Numbered from the stretch's first letter, positions 9,360 through 19,362 are shown. The stretch: 64,000 nucleotides of DNA from Candidatus Hydrogenedentota bacterium (GCA_046583315.1 JAYGCN010000034.1:8860-72859), one strand, 5' to 3'. The notes: generated by a model not told the origin, from the letters alone. Made by a program: numbers and translations.

Positions 9360-11066
9360 CTACTTCATCTTATACATCTCGTAGGTTTGCGGCCCCGTCA
9401 CACCGAAGCAATAGGGCAACGAGGCGTAGGGAAGACCATAGAATCCGGCACCCGTATCGTCATCAAAAATCGAAATCCACGGCGCGCCGCTCATTTGGTA
9501 AACCTTCGACTCCAAAGCCCGTTCTTCCGGAATCTTGTTCGTAAGACGACGCTGATCCCAGATCAGAATCACGTCACCGGCTTCGATAGGTTCCAGCGCA
9601 ACGTTCACCGCCTCAAAATATCCTGGATCGCCCAACTCCCCCGTGATTTCAGAAAAATCCATGGGAGCGTATCCCGCTTCGTGCATGTAATACTGAAACC
9701 CAAGGTGCCCGTCATACCATACCGTACCCGACACTCCGCTCACCTCCGCATCAACCTGTTCCGCGAATTCCCGCGCCGTGCCCGCAAAACGATAGTCTCC
9801 CAACGTGACCAAGAGAGAGAGCACGCCTGCCACACATAGGGGCACGCCCAATCCCACGCGCCCCCAACGTACACCCCCCGATAAATCGATGCGGCGCACC
9901 ACCAGAATGCCCACCGCAGGTACCATAGGCAGTAACGAGCGCGCATTCACCACCCAGTTCACGAAGCCTGAGAATATGAAAATGCCACCCACCAACAACA
10001 GCAGCGTGAGAGACTCAGCATTTCGTTCCCGCCACAGATCGGAAAAGGCCAGTATGAAAAGATAGATGCCACCCGTGGCATAGAGTACGACCTGAAAAGC
10101 GAATCCCAGACGTATTCCATCGTCGTTGTACATCGCGTAGGCATCGTCAAATCCGCCCATGACGAACATCGCTGTCGCAAGCACGAAGAACACACCCAAC
10201 ACGAACAACCCGAGACGCCGTCCTTTCGTAAACGGTAGAAACAACAACGCCGACAGATAACATCCCCCCGCGAAACTCAGCGGCACAATCACACTCTGCA
10301 TCAATGTGCCGTGCGATGCATGCGACGTATGATACGTACTGTACAAAATTATCTCGCGAATAAAACTTTTCTCATACTGGATATACGCCACGAGATCATA
10401 CGCGGCCAGCATCAGACACGGCACAAAAAACCAGAATAATTTGAGAGATGTTTTTCGTTCGCGCACGATCGTATACGCCACTAACAACGGCAACACCGTC
10501 ACCGCAATAAACTTGACCATCACTCCAGCGCCAATCAAGAATACCGACGCGAACAAGTGCCCCTTCTTGCCCGAATCCAGTCCCCGCACCCAATACACCA
10601 TTGCCCACACATAACACGCCAGCATCATGGGCTCACACATCACGTTCGAAGACGACACCAGAAACCCCGGTGTCAAAACCGCAATACCCGTCGCCAAGAG
10701 AGGCCGTCCACACAGACATTCCGCCAACCGATAGATCCCCAATGCCGCCAACGATGCAGGCAAGAGCATCGCTACGTGCATCACCGGTTCACTCCATCCA
10801 AAAATGAGCGCCACCACCGCCAAATAATACGAAAGCCCCGGCGGATTCTGATTAAACGCGTAGACCCACTCAGACCGTCCCGTCCAATTCATCTCGAATC
10901 CATAAAAATCCAGGGGGTGCGCGAGAATCTGCTCAGCGATCAGCAGATACACCGTGTCATCAATGTGATAAGCCTTGTTGATGAACGGCAGCAATAAAAC
11001 GACCGGCAACAGCGCGGCTACCCAGGCTTCCCATGGCGCGCGCGCATCTTCTACCGAATCACTCAC
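9360..11066 (-). CDS. GT-C fold glycosyltransferase (ArnT/PMT, family 39/83-like)
   Basis: YHIDDTVY acidic motif after TM1, NPPGLSY, many TM helices, K in GVMVKF. Confidence 0.8.
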   Translation of the reverse strand: MSDSVEDARAPWEAWVAALLPVVLLLPFINKAYHIDDTVYLLIAEQILAHPLDFYGFEMNWTGRSEWVYAFNQNPPGLSYYLAVVALIFGWSEPVMHVAMLLPASLAALGIYRLAECLCGRPLLATGIAVLTPGFLVSSSNVMCEPMMLACYVWAMVYWVRGLDSGKKGHLFASVFLIGAGVMVKFIAVTVLPLLVAYTIVRERKTSLKLFWFFVPCLMLAAYDLVAYIQYEKSFIREIILYSTYHTSHASHGTLMQSVIVPLSFAGGCYLSALLFLPFTKGRRLGLFVLGVFFVLATAMFVMGGFDDAYAMYNDDGIRLGFAFQVVLYATGGIYLFILAFSDLWRERNAESLTLLLLVGGIFIFSGFVNWVVNARSLLPMVPAVGILVVRRIDLSGGVRWGRVGLGVPLCVAGVLSLLVTLGDYRFAGTAREFAEQVDAEVSGVSGTVWYDGHLGFQYYMHEAGYAPMDFSEITGELGDPGYFEAVNVALEPIEAGDVILIWDQRRLTNKIPEERALESKVYQMSGAPWISIFDDDTGAGFYGLPYASLPYCFGVTGPQTYEMYKMK

Positions 11067-11902
11067 TTCGCATCCAGCGCCAAACGGCTATCTTTGGAGT
11101 CTCCTAGCAACACGCGCGCCTTGGCACGTTCAACATACAGTTGCCGATTCGGACGCGCCCTATCAAGACGACGCTCCAACTCCTCCAGCGCCGCTTCTGC
11201 ATCCGCATGCTGATTCGCGTATTCACCCATCGCGCGATACGTCTCCGCACGACGCAATAGCCACTCTGCTTTGTAACGCCCCCTGCCTAAATGCGAATTG
11301 ATCCGTTCCAACGCCTCCTCGAATTTCTCAGCATCCCTCAAGGCGTCGATCAATTCCGATTCCAACACCACTGCCGAGTTATCCGAGTACGCCTTACGCA
11401 AATCATCAACACGCGCATCTATCTCGCCCAATTCGTTCTGAATCCGACTCCATAACAACACACAACCAAGGTCTTGTCGTCCGGCAACACTGATTTTCGA
11501 AACAGAGATCCGCGCTGAATTCCAATCCCCTTCAATCGCGTGAGACTCCGCGCGCAACCGGTAGAATTCATTGCAAAAGTCGACATCCGAAGTTCTATTC
11601 AAACCCGACTCAATGACATTGAATGCCTCATGTATTTGCTCACGATGAACAAACATCTGCGCCAAAGCGATGTACGCGGGCACGTATTCCGGGCTCAACT
11701 CCAAAGCCGCACGCAAATCCTGCTCAGCGCGAAGATGATCGCCGACTACGCGATATTCGAGTCCACGGTCCACCAGCAATCGCGCCTTCGCCTCCTCTTC
11801 AATTCGATGGGTCAAGGCATCAATCACGTCATTTGGCGAATCATGACCATAAGTCACGCCAGCAGTGAGTAGCATCATTATGCAAATCGCGTATCGCTGC
11901 AT
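11063..11902 (-). CDS. Exported TPR-repeat protein
   Basis: Signal-peptide-like N-terminus; helical repeats such as AEQDLRAALELSPEYVPAYIALA; overlaps both neighbours. Confidence 0.75.
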   Translation of the reverse strand: MQRYAICIMMLLTAGVTYGHDSPNDVIDALTHRIEEEAKARLLVDRGLEYRVVGDHLRAEQDLRAALELSPEYVPAYIALAQMFVHREQIHEAFNVIESGLNRTSDVDFCNEFYRLRAESHAIEGDWNSARISVSKISVAGRQDLGCVLLWSRIQNELGEIDARVDDLRKAYSDNSAVVLESELIDALRDAEKFEEALERINSHLGRGRYKAEWLLRRAETYRAMGEYANQHADAEAALEELERRLDRARPNRQLYVERAKARVLLGDSKDSRLALDAK

Positions 11903-13374
11903 TATTCATGCTGCCAGGGATTTTCAACACGTTTCACTTCCACTTTGCCCTGCTTTACGATACTGAACACATCGCGAATCACTTCTTTACGATTGATCAT
12001 GTGCCCGAGCAGCGTATCGCCGTCTACGTCCAGAATCACCGAGCCGTTCTCCACGATGATCTCGCGCATCACCGGCATCGTACCCGAACGTCGGACCCCG
12101 GCACCGCCGTGACCCGTAACAATCTGAATCGTCCCCTCATGCGGATTCAGTCCCGCGCTCTTGCGATACGCGCCATCCCCATCCGGGTCGCCATCCCCAT
12201 CATCCAGAATCACGCCCTCGGCAACGGTCGGCGTAGCATACGCGCCATCCATCAACATCGAGCGCTCGTAAATATGCGAATGCCCGGTCAGCACGATATC
12301 GACGCCGCCGTCTTCAAGAATCGGCATAATCTCCTCACGCATTTCGATGAGTTGCCCTTCCCCGTCACTGTCATGCGAACCCTTCGTGTACGGCGGGTGA
12401 TGCCAGAATGCGATCAACCAATCCGCCGTCGCCTGATTCAAGTCTTCGCGCAGCCACTGTGCCATGGGACCGCTGCTCTTACGATTCAAATCATGGGAAT
12501 CGAGACACACAAAATGAATGCGTCCCACATCGAAAGAATAATACGCTTCCGTGCCCGACGCCACGCCCCCCGCTTCCGCCTGAGTCGGCAACACGTAAGC
12601 ATCGTAATATGGCCCCTTGCCCGTCATACCGCGCGACGTATGCCCTTCATGATTCCCCATCGATGGCCAGACCACCATTTGACGAAGTTGCTCGGCATAG
12701 ATGTCGAAAAATGCGCGCTGAAATTCATAATTCGCGCCATCGGTGTATGCCATATCCCCAACGTGAATATACAGGTCCAGTGGCCGCTTCGTATCCACTG
12801 TAAAAGCGAGCATCGCATCACGCACCTGACGTTGCGGTCTACCCACCGTTCCCGAATCTCCCACCACCCAGATACGCGTATCCCGCGCGACCCCGACAGT
12901 CGGAGAGGTCGTAAAGCGATGAGTCCTGTCCTTTCCCGCGAGTAGTTCATCTCCATCATAAATACCATAAAAATACGTACTATCCGCCTCAAGACCAGCG
13001 ATTTTCACCTCATACTGGTAAATATTAGCCTCACCCGTCGGATCATCCCTGCGACTCGGATTGCGCTCCTTGCGCTCCTCATCAGTTTCCCGATGAATGA
13101 ATTTGGCGCCATCAACCGAGACATCCGAAGATACACGCAACACGACATCCGACTCGCTGCTGGCGGATTTCAACGAACGAAGTCGTGCGCCATACCGTAC
13201 CACCGGATCAATCCGGCCCCGAGTGCGCCATACCACTACAATTGAATCCGAAGTGACGGATTGCAGATAGGGCTCACGAACCAAGACCGCGTCCGAAGCA
13301 TATACGCGACACCCACTTGCAATCGAAACGGAGGTCGCAACGAAGGCGATCCATAGTTTTACGTGAATTGACAT
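11902..13374 (-). CDS. Exported purple-acid-phosphatase-like metallophosphoesterase with N-terminal FN3-like domain
   Basis: All five PAP motifs: GDSG, GDMAY, GNHE, HH, GHSH; EPYLQ N-terminal domain; ATG 13374 has a GGAG RBS. Confidence 0.88.
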   Translation of the reverse strand: MSIHVKLWIAFVATSVSIASGCRVYASDAVLVREPYLQSVTSDSIVVVWRTRGRIDPVVRYGARLRSLKSASSESDVVLRVSSDVSVDGAKFIHRETDEERKERNPSRRDDPTGEANIYQYEVKIAGLEADSTYFYGIYDGDELLAGKDRTHRFTTSPTVGVARDTRIWVVGDSGTVGRPQRQVRDAMLAFTVDTKRPLDLYIHVGDMAYTDGANYEFQRAFFDIYAEQLRQMVVWPSMGNHEGHTSRGMTGKGPYYDAYVLPTQAEAGGVASGTEAYYSFDVGRIHFVCLDSHDLNRKSSGPMAQWLREDLNQATADWLIAFWHHPPYTKGSHDSDGEGQLIEMREEIMPILEDGGVDIVLTGHSHIYERSMLMDGAYATPTVAEGVILDDGDGDPDGDGAYRKSAGLNPHEGTIQIVTGHGGAGVRRSGTMPVMREIIVENGSVILDVDGDTLLGHMINRKEVIRDVFSIVKQGKVEVKRVENPWQHE

Positions 13375-13486
13375 TACAACTCTCCAACGGTTAGAAATTA
13401 TGTTCAATACAAATGTTATCGGATAATGACCGCACTTGTCACCTCAAAAGGTTTTTGAGGAAACATAAAAAATACCCGTGCCGACC

Positions 13487-13515
13487 TTGTCTGACCAATA
13501 TTCGTTAGCTATAAT
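13487..13515 (+). promoter_or_regulatory. Sigma70-type promoter for the 13558 gene
   Basis: TTGTCT-17 bp-TATAAT. Confidence 0.6.
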
Positions 13516-13557
13516 ATAGGGTTCATTATCCGACCCAACAGGAGCCATCAAGATCCA

Positions 13558-15408
13558 ATGCGTAACAGTGCAAGCATGATTATGTCGCTTGAGGGGATCA
13601 ACCGAGCGGTTTACAAGATAGCAAACGAACTGGCACAGAATAGCCGTTCGGGCCTCACCGTGCGTTTTCTCTCCAAGAAACTCGAGTTGCCCCTGGAAGA
13701 AATCGAGTATCTCATCGATGTTCATCACAAGCTGCTCTACACCGATCTGACGAAAATCAAACTGCCCAACGAGGGACTCACCGCCGTTAAACGTATCGCC
13801 GAAGGACTCGAAAATCACGGAGACGTACCCTCTTTGTTCCAGAAAATCAAACAGCTCTCCTCCCACGATTTCCGAAGACTCGAAGAGCAAATCGACGTAG
13901 AACTGGGCACCAAAAAAGCCGTCGGCGAATACATCATCGACAATTTCTACAAAAACCCCGAATCCATCATGCAATATGTTGCCTCCCACGGCTTCTCCGA
14001 GATTGCCGTCGAGGTCTTCGATATTCTCTGGCAATCCAAGGACGGCGTCATGCCCGTCTCCAGCATTCGCACCGCACACGGCGGAAGCGAATTTGAAGTC
14101 GAACAGGCCCTGTGGGAACTCTTCCGCGGCATGGCCCTGTTCGAAATGTTTCGATACGACGCGGAAGATCGCCTGATACGTCGGGCAGGCTTACTCACCG
14201 AGCTTCGACAATTACGTGACCAACAAGACAACGCGGATTCGAAAAAGACCGCACTAAAATCGCTCAAAGGATCTCCAGGAGACAGCTCATGCCGTGAGCT
14301 TGAAATGACCGAGGTCTTGTGTCAACTGGTCGCCACCATTGCAGCGAAACCCGTCCGTCTGCGCGGCGACGGCGAACTCTTCCGCGAAGATTTCCGTCGC
14401 CTGAGCGATTGCATTCCTCAAAATGCAAACCCCTCCCTCGCCGCATCTCTCTGGGCCGCCGAAGGCATCGGTTGGCTCGAGCGAATTGACAACGAACTCT
14501 ACGCAGGCGAATTGGACGCACTCATCAAAGTCGATTATGTTGATCGGCACCAGCAACTATGCGAATGGTTGCTCAATACCGGCGACGAACTTACCGCGCG
14601 ACGTCTTCTCACCCAACGACTCGACGATCTCGAAGAAACCGCATGGTATCCCATCCGCGATTTCATTCAATACGCTATCGCCAAACACGAAGAACTCGAT
14701 CCACCCATCCTCAAACTGCAAAACGGCGAATACCAATACGTCAGCCCTGGCATCGCCTCAAATCTCACCACCATCCTGGAACGCTCCCTCGAAGAATCGC
14801 TCTACTGGCTGGGATTGATCGAAACAGCAAGCGACGGATTCGACGATTACTTCCGCGTGACACCGCTGGGACGCACCATTCTCGGCCAGCAGAATCTCGA
14901 CGCACTACGCGACAACCATGCCAAAGCCAATCGTGAAATCGTTGTGCAACCCAATTTCGATATCGTCGTACCCAGCAAAGACATGGATGCCCTGCTCACC
15001 GTGCCCCTTGACCAGTTTGCCACACGCCAATCCACCGGCCAGGCCACCGTCTACCTACTCACAAAAGAATCCTTCACGCAGGCCCTGCAAGACGGCCACG
15101 ACGGAGACGGCTTCGTCGATTTCCTGCTCTCCTACAACCGGGGCGGCACATTACCAGCCAACGTAATGATGACCCTCGAAGACTGGCGCGGCGGACTCCG
15201 TCACCTGCGCATCCGAACCATTCAAGTACTCGAAGTCGACGACGCACTCGTCATGGCCGACCTTCAGCACCGTCGTAAATTCAAGAAATTCCTCAAACCA
15301 ATCGACCCTAATCAATTCATCGAATACTCCGATGTGGACGTCGAAGACCTCACCAAGCAATTGGAAAAAGACGGATTTATCGTCATCTCGGATGATCCCC
15401 CCGAATAA
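13558..15408 (+). CDS. Helicase-associated (XPB N-terminal/Helicase_C_3-like) domain protein without helicase motifs
   Basis: C-terminal IVVQPNFDIVV...YLLTKESFTQALQDG...FL...LPANVMMTLEDW segment; no Walker A or DEAH box seen. Confidence 0.75.
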   Translation: MRNSASMIMSLEGINRAVYKIANELAQNSRSGLTVRFLSKKLELPLEEIEYLIDVHHKLLYTDLTKIKLPNEGLTAVKRIAEGLENHGDVPSLFQKIKQLSSHDFRRLEEQIDVELGTKKAVGEYIIDNFYKNPESIMQYVASHGFSEIAVEVFDILWQSKDGVMPVSSIRTAHGGSEFEVEQALWELFRGMALFEMFRYDAEDRLIRRAGLLTELRQLRDQQDNADSKKTALKSLKGSPGDSSCRELEMTEVLCQLVATIAAKPVRLRGDGELFREDFRRLSDCIPQNANPSLAASLWAAEGIGWLERIDNELYAGELDALIKVDYVDRHQQLCEWLLNTGDELTARRLLTQRLDDLEETAWYPIRDFIQYAIAKHEELDPPILKLQNGEYQYVSPGIASNLTTILERSLEESLYWLGLIETASDGFDDYFRVTPLGRTILGQQNLDALRDNHAKANREIVVQPNFDIVVPSKDMDALLTVPLDQFATRQSTGQATVYLLTKESFTQALQDGHDGDGFVDFLLSYNRGGTLPANVMMTLEDWRGGLRHLRIRTIQVLEVDDALVMADLQHRRKFKKFLKPIDPNQFIEYSDVDVEDLTKQLEKDGFIVISDDPPE

Positions 15409-15522
15409 ACCTCCCCGGGATACCTCACTGCGCTGCAATGTAGACCATCACCCGACCAATTTGTTATGCTCACCGCAGGGAATGGGGGCCTGACCGCTCC
15501 ACTAAAACCAGTGAGGAACTCC

Positions 15523-16614
15523 GTGTACCCAATCGCCGCGTTAATAGAATTCCCCGAACCCAGCGCAATGGCGTTGTGGGGTCTCGCAATCGCTGTCCTG
15601 CTCCTCATCGCCATATTCTATGGCAACGTATACTTCAAGCGCACCACACAGACCAGGAATCTCGAAAGAGTCCAATCCAACGCAATCGACGACATCTACG
15701 AGGACAAAAAGCTCAGTGACGAAGAAATACGCCTGATGAACGAAGTCCTGGATCGCCACGTGCAGGACAACCCTTTGCGTTCCGTCACCACACGCGACGG
15801 ATTCGGAGAGTGCGTACGTCGGGAAATTGATCGCGTCAATGAGTTTGGCGCACCGGGAGATGTCCAGATACTTGGCGTGAAACTCAGAGACATTCGCACC
15901 GCATTAGGTCTCGATTACGTACCCATCGGAAAACCAATTTACTCCTCCAGAGAATTACACATAGGACAGATTATCAGCATCACCCCGAAGGAGGAAACGA
16001 ATGCCAAGAAAACCCGAATGGAACTTCGCAACATCGATGAAGCCTATCTTTACCTTTCTCCCGAAAAACGCGGTGCGCCCCTAAAATTCGTTGACGGAAC
16101 TCAGGTGCAATGCGAACTTTGGCGCGACGAAGACGGGTGCTACACTTTCGATTCCCGCATCGTCTACTACGGTACCGAACATGCCGAATGGAGGCTCGCA
16201 CACAATGCGGCAAAGATGGCACGAACACAGGCCCGTGAACATTTCAGGATGCCCTTCCAACAGACCGCGACCATCGGAATCCTCAACGCATCCAAAGATG
16301 AGGACATCACGTACCTCAGCCAAAGCCGTGACGTCGCACAACTGCGCGGCAAAATTACCAGCCTTAGCGCCGGAGGTTGCGCAATCGTCTTCCAGCAACC
16401 TATCGCCCGGAACATTCTGCTGCGCGTCGAAATTGAACTCCCCGATCATCCCCCAATCTCCGTCGTGGCCAAAATCGTGGCGACAAGCAATATCTCCGGC
16501 GGGCGATGCCTGATTCGCACCCGTTTTCTCGATATTTCCGAGGAAGAACGCGACCTCATTTCACGCCATCTGCTCCACAAACAACAAGAAAATCTCGCAA
16601 CAAAACTCCCCTAA
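15523..16614 (+). CDS. Membrane-anchored PilZ-domain (flagellar-brake/YcgR-like) protein
   Basis: N-terminal TM; QAREHFR (RxxxR) followed by SLSAGG and a beta-rich C-terminal domain; GTG start with GAGGA RBS. Confidence 0.75.
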   Translation: MYPIAALIEFPEPSAMALWGLAIAVLLLIAIFYGNVYFKRTTQTRNLERVQSNAIDDIYEDKKLSDEEIRLMNEVLDRHVQDNPLRSVTTRDGFGECVRREIDRVNEFGAPGDVQILGVKLRDIRTALGLDYVPIGKPIYSSRELHIGQIISITPKEETNAKKTRMELRNIDEAYLYLSPEKRGAPLKFVDGTQVQCELWRDEDGCYTFDSRIVYYGTEHAEWRLAHNAAKMARTQAREHFRMPFQQTATIGILNASKDEDITYLSQSRDVAQLRGKITSLSAGGCAIVFQQPIARNILLRVEIELPDHPPISVVAKIVATSNISGGRCLIRTRFLDISEEERDLISRHLLHKQQENLATKLP

Positions 16615-16633
16615 AAAGGCAATTTCACTTTAG

Positions 16634-17338
16634 ATGTTCAAGAACGCACTAAGCCACGTACAACACAACTACCAAGCCCTTCTCATTTACGTGGGCATCA
16701 CGGCCGGCTACTACGCACTTAAATTGGGCATCGAGACCTGGCCCGGGCTTGACTTTTCCCAAGACAACATGGAAACAATCGAAACACTCTATCTCGTGGT
16801 CAGTGGCCTTGTCTCTTCTGCCGTATACGCCGTCGCCCAGACAATCGCATTTTTAAAAATGGGCGAGAATATCGAAAGACCCGTCTGGAAGGCATCAAGC
16901 AAACCCGGTGCCTTCGTGCGATTCTGGGCCTTCTGGTTCTCCATCAATCTCATCATCCTCTCCACGCTACTCATCATCGCTATCCTGCCCATGGAGTCAA
17001 GCACTCAAGCGTCGCTCCACCTGTTCTGGCGTTTCGGCCAAACCGTTCTGCTGCCCTTTGGGGCCACTACCATGTTCTACGGCAGCACCACTCGAAACGA
17101 AATGAAACTGGCCGGATACAGCATGATTGCCCAACTGCCTGCCTACGCATTGATCTGTTTTATCGGCCTGTGTGTTGAAGTAACCCTGGTCGGGATGCAA
17201 GACGGCCTACCCACTCAGGCCCTACCAGCACTCGCAATCATCGACAGCTATGCCGCCTGCTTTATCTTCGCCTACAGCTGGGAAATCTGCCGCAAACACC
17301 GCGAAGAAGAAGAAAACATGGACGATCTCGATTTCTAG
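16634..17338 (+). CDS. Hypothetical multi-pass membrane protein
   Basis: 234-aa ORF with about six hydrophobic segments, in line with its neighbours. Confidence 0.75.
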   Translation: MFKNALSHVQHNYQALLIYVGITAGYYALKLGIETWPGLDFSQDNMETIETLYLVVSGLVSSAVYAVAQTIAFLKMGENIERPVWKASSKPGAFVRFWAFWFSINLIILSTLLIIAILPMESSTQASLHLFWRFGQTVLLPFGATTMFYGSTTRNEMKLAGYSMIAQLPAYALICFIGLCVEVTLVGMQDGLPTQALPALAIIDSYAACFIFAYSWEICRKHREEEENMDDLDF

Positions 17339-17347
17339 GGCCCCATC

Positions 17348-18640
17348 ATGAGTGAGACAACCCACACGATTCCCTACGGCGACCAACAACTACCCGTCAA
17401 TCTGCCCGGCGCGACCTACCTCGACACCCTCGACATCCACCCCAGCGAAGCCATCAACGATTGTGCCACTACACTCAAAGACGCGCTTCAATCCCCCATA
17501 GGCATGCATGACCACGCACTCGCCGATTTCTCTCCGGAAAGCACCGTCGCCATCGTCGTATCAGACTCGTTTCGACAAACACGCATCGCTCGCTTGTTGC
17601 CGACCCTCATCGAATCCCTGACCGCGCGCGCCATCCCCATCGAAAATATCACGATCACCTTCTCTACCGGCACCCATCGCGGACCAACCGACTCCGAAGC
17701 CACCGCAATTCTCAGCCACGACATCGCGCAACAATTCCACGGTCGCCTATTCAACCACGATGCCACCGACACAGCCAATCTTGTCGCAATCGGAGAAACG
17801 TCACGCGGCACCCAGGTGTCCGTCAACAAACGCGTCCACGAATCCGACCGCATCATCCTCACCGGCAGCGTCGTCCTGCATTACTTCGGCGGATTCGGCG
17901 GCGGTCGTAAATCAATGGTACCCGGTCTCGCATCAATCGAGACGATTGCCCAGAACCACGCCATGAATCTGCACCCCACCAACGACACCCTCGACCCCCG
18001 CGTCGCCATCGGTCAATGCGAAGGAAACCCCGTCGCCGAAGACATGCTGGAAGCCACGAAACTCTCCCACGTCGATTTCATCATCAACACCGTGATCGAT
18101 CGCGACAACGAAATCATCGGACTCTTCGTCGGCGATCTGGAAGCCGCCCACGAACTGGCCTGCACCTTCGCCCAGAAAACATTTGTTGCCCCGATCCAGA
18201 AAAAGGCCGATCTCGTCATCGCCGCATCCCCCACCTCCAAAAATTTCGTGCAGACCCATAAAGCCCTCTTCAATGCCTATCAAGCAATCCATCCCCAAGG
18301 ACGCATCATCTTGCTCGCCCCATGCCCCGAAGGCCTCGGCGGCGAACAATTCGAGAAATGGCTTCGACTTGGCGATAGAGCCTCCATCATCAGCGCCCTC
18401 CGCAAACAAAGCGAAATAAACGGCCAGACCGCCCTCTCCACGCGCGAAAAAGCCCCGCTTAGCTACCTCGTATCAACCCTATCCCAACAAAACGTCGAGT
18501 TACTCGGAGCCCATCACGCCGACTCGCTCGATACAGCGATACTGGCGGCATTAAGCGGTCTCGCCGCGCAGGGCATCAAAAACCCCACCTGGCGCCTGAT
18601 GCCCTCGGCCGCCTATACCGTGCCTCTTCACACCCTCTAA
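17348..18640 (+). CDS. larA: LarA-family nickel-pincer-nucleotide-dependent racemase/epimerase
   Basis: IVVSD, GTHR, NHDA, GETSRGT, HYFGGFGGGRKS..PG, NH, NPVAEDM, APCPEGLG motifs; substrate not assignable. Confidence 0.85.
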   Translation: MSETTHTIPYGDQQLPVNLPGATYLDTLDIHPSEAINDCATTLKDALQSPIGMHDHALADFSPESTVAIVVSDSFRQTRIARLLPTLIESLTARAIPIENITITFSTGTHRGPTDSEATAILSHDIAQQFHGRLFNHDATDTANLVAIGETSRGTQVSVNKRVHESDRIILTGSVVLHYFGGFGGGRKSMVPGLASIETIAQNHAMNLHPTNDTLDPRVAIGQCEGNPVAEDMLEATKLSHVDFIINTVIDRDNEIIGLFVGDLEAAHELACTFAQKTFVAPIQKKADLVIAASPTSKNFVQTHKALFNAYQAIHPQGRIILLAPCPEGLGGEQFEKWLRLGDRASIISALRKQSEINGQTALSTREKAPLSYLVSTLSQQNVELLGAHHADSLDTAILAALSGLAAQGIKNPTWRLMPSAAYTVPLHTL

Positions 18641-18659
18641 ATCCTTTATCGACGGTCAG

Positions 18660-18689
18660 TTGACTCAGATTCCACTCCTTTGTTACACT
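18660..18689 (+). promoter_or_regulatory. Sigma70-type promoter for yceD-rpmF-plsX operon
   Basis: TTGACT-18 bp-TACACT with an extended -10 TG. Confidence 0.55.
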
Positions 18690-18726
18690 ATGCGCCGTTC
18701 CGTGTTGCTTTGAAGGTTGTCGTCCC

Positions 18727-19359
18727 GTGGGTAAATTTGAGATTCCGATTGTAAGTATCCCAAGGAAATCCCCGCTCGCCGTTGACGAAGTGGCCGACGC
18801 CGTCGATTTGATTGGCCAAGATACCGACCCCGGTTTTCTCACCCGTATTCGAATCAACGGAGAATTGTCCGCAATTCATAAAGATTTTCTGTTTCAAGGG
18901 AGCGTCACCGGGATTTTCGAATGCCCCTGCGATCGATGCCTCGAACACGCTGAGGTGAATGCATCCGTTGGAGTTGCGTGGCTGTTCGAGCCCGACGTAA
19001 CACCGGACGCGCTCGAAGAATTTGCGAAGTCTGACGATACGGATGAAGAAGAGATGGAGAATGAAGACGGCGAAACCCTTGATGGCGAAACCCTTGATGA
19101 GGAAGAAGCCGGACAGATACGGTACTACAATGGTGATTGTGTCAACCTCGCCCCCCATGCGTTGGAGGAAATGGTGATGGCCGCACCAACCAAGTTTTAC
19201 TGTGGCGACGAGTGCAAAGGCTTGTGTCCACAATGCGGAATAAATTTGAACACCACGTCGTGTGCGTGTGTAGATGAAAACAAAGAAACGAACAACTCAG
19301 GACTCAACGCATTGAAGGATTTATATCCCGATTTGCCATCCAATACTTCGGAGGAATGA
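18727..19359 (+). CDS. yceD: DUF177/YceD ribosome biogenesis protein
   Basis: CDRCL and C..ECKGLCPQCG Zn motifs; directly upstream of rpmF. Confidence 0.92.
   Translation: MGKFEIPIVSIPRKSPLAVDEVADAVDLIGQDTDPGFLTRIRINGELSAIHKDFLFQGSVTGIFECPCDRCLEHAEVNASVGVAWLFEPDVTPDALEEFAKSDDTDEEEMENEDGETLDGETLDEEEAGQIRYYNGDCVNLAPHALEEMVMAAPTKFYCGDECKGLCPQCGINLNTTSCACVDENKETNNSGLNALKDLYPDLPSNTSEE
19066..19095 (+). repeat. 15-bp tandem duplication (ga[c/t]ggcgaaaccctt x2)
   Basis: Read directly; encodes DGETL twice in the acidic loop of YceD. Confidence 0.9.
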
Positions 19360-19362
19360 ACC

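Noticed and set aside
11908..12945. Long antisense or alternate-frame ORFs (also 19756-20652, 21310-22197, 23192-24226, 43955-45031, 58684-59637, 60482-61534)
   Set aside because: No recognisable motifs; expected by-products of high GC and strong codon bias opposite well-supported genes.
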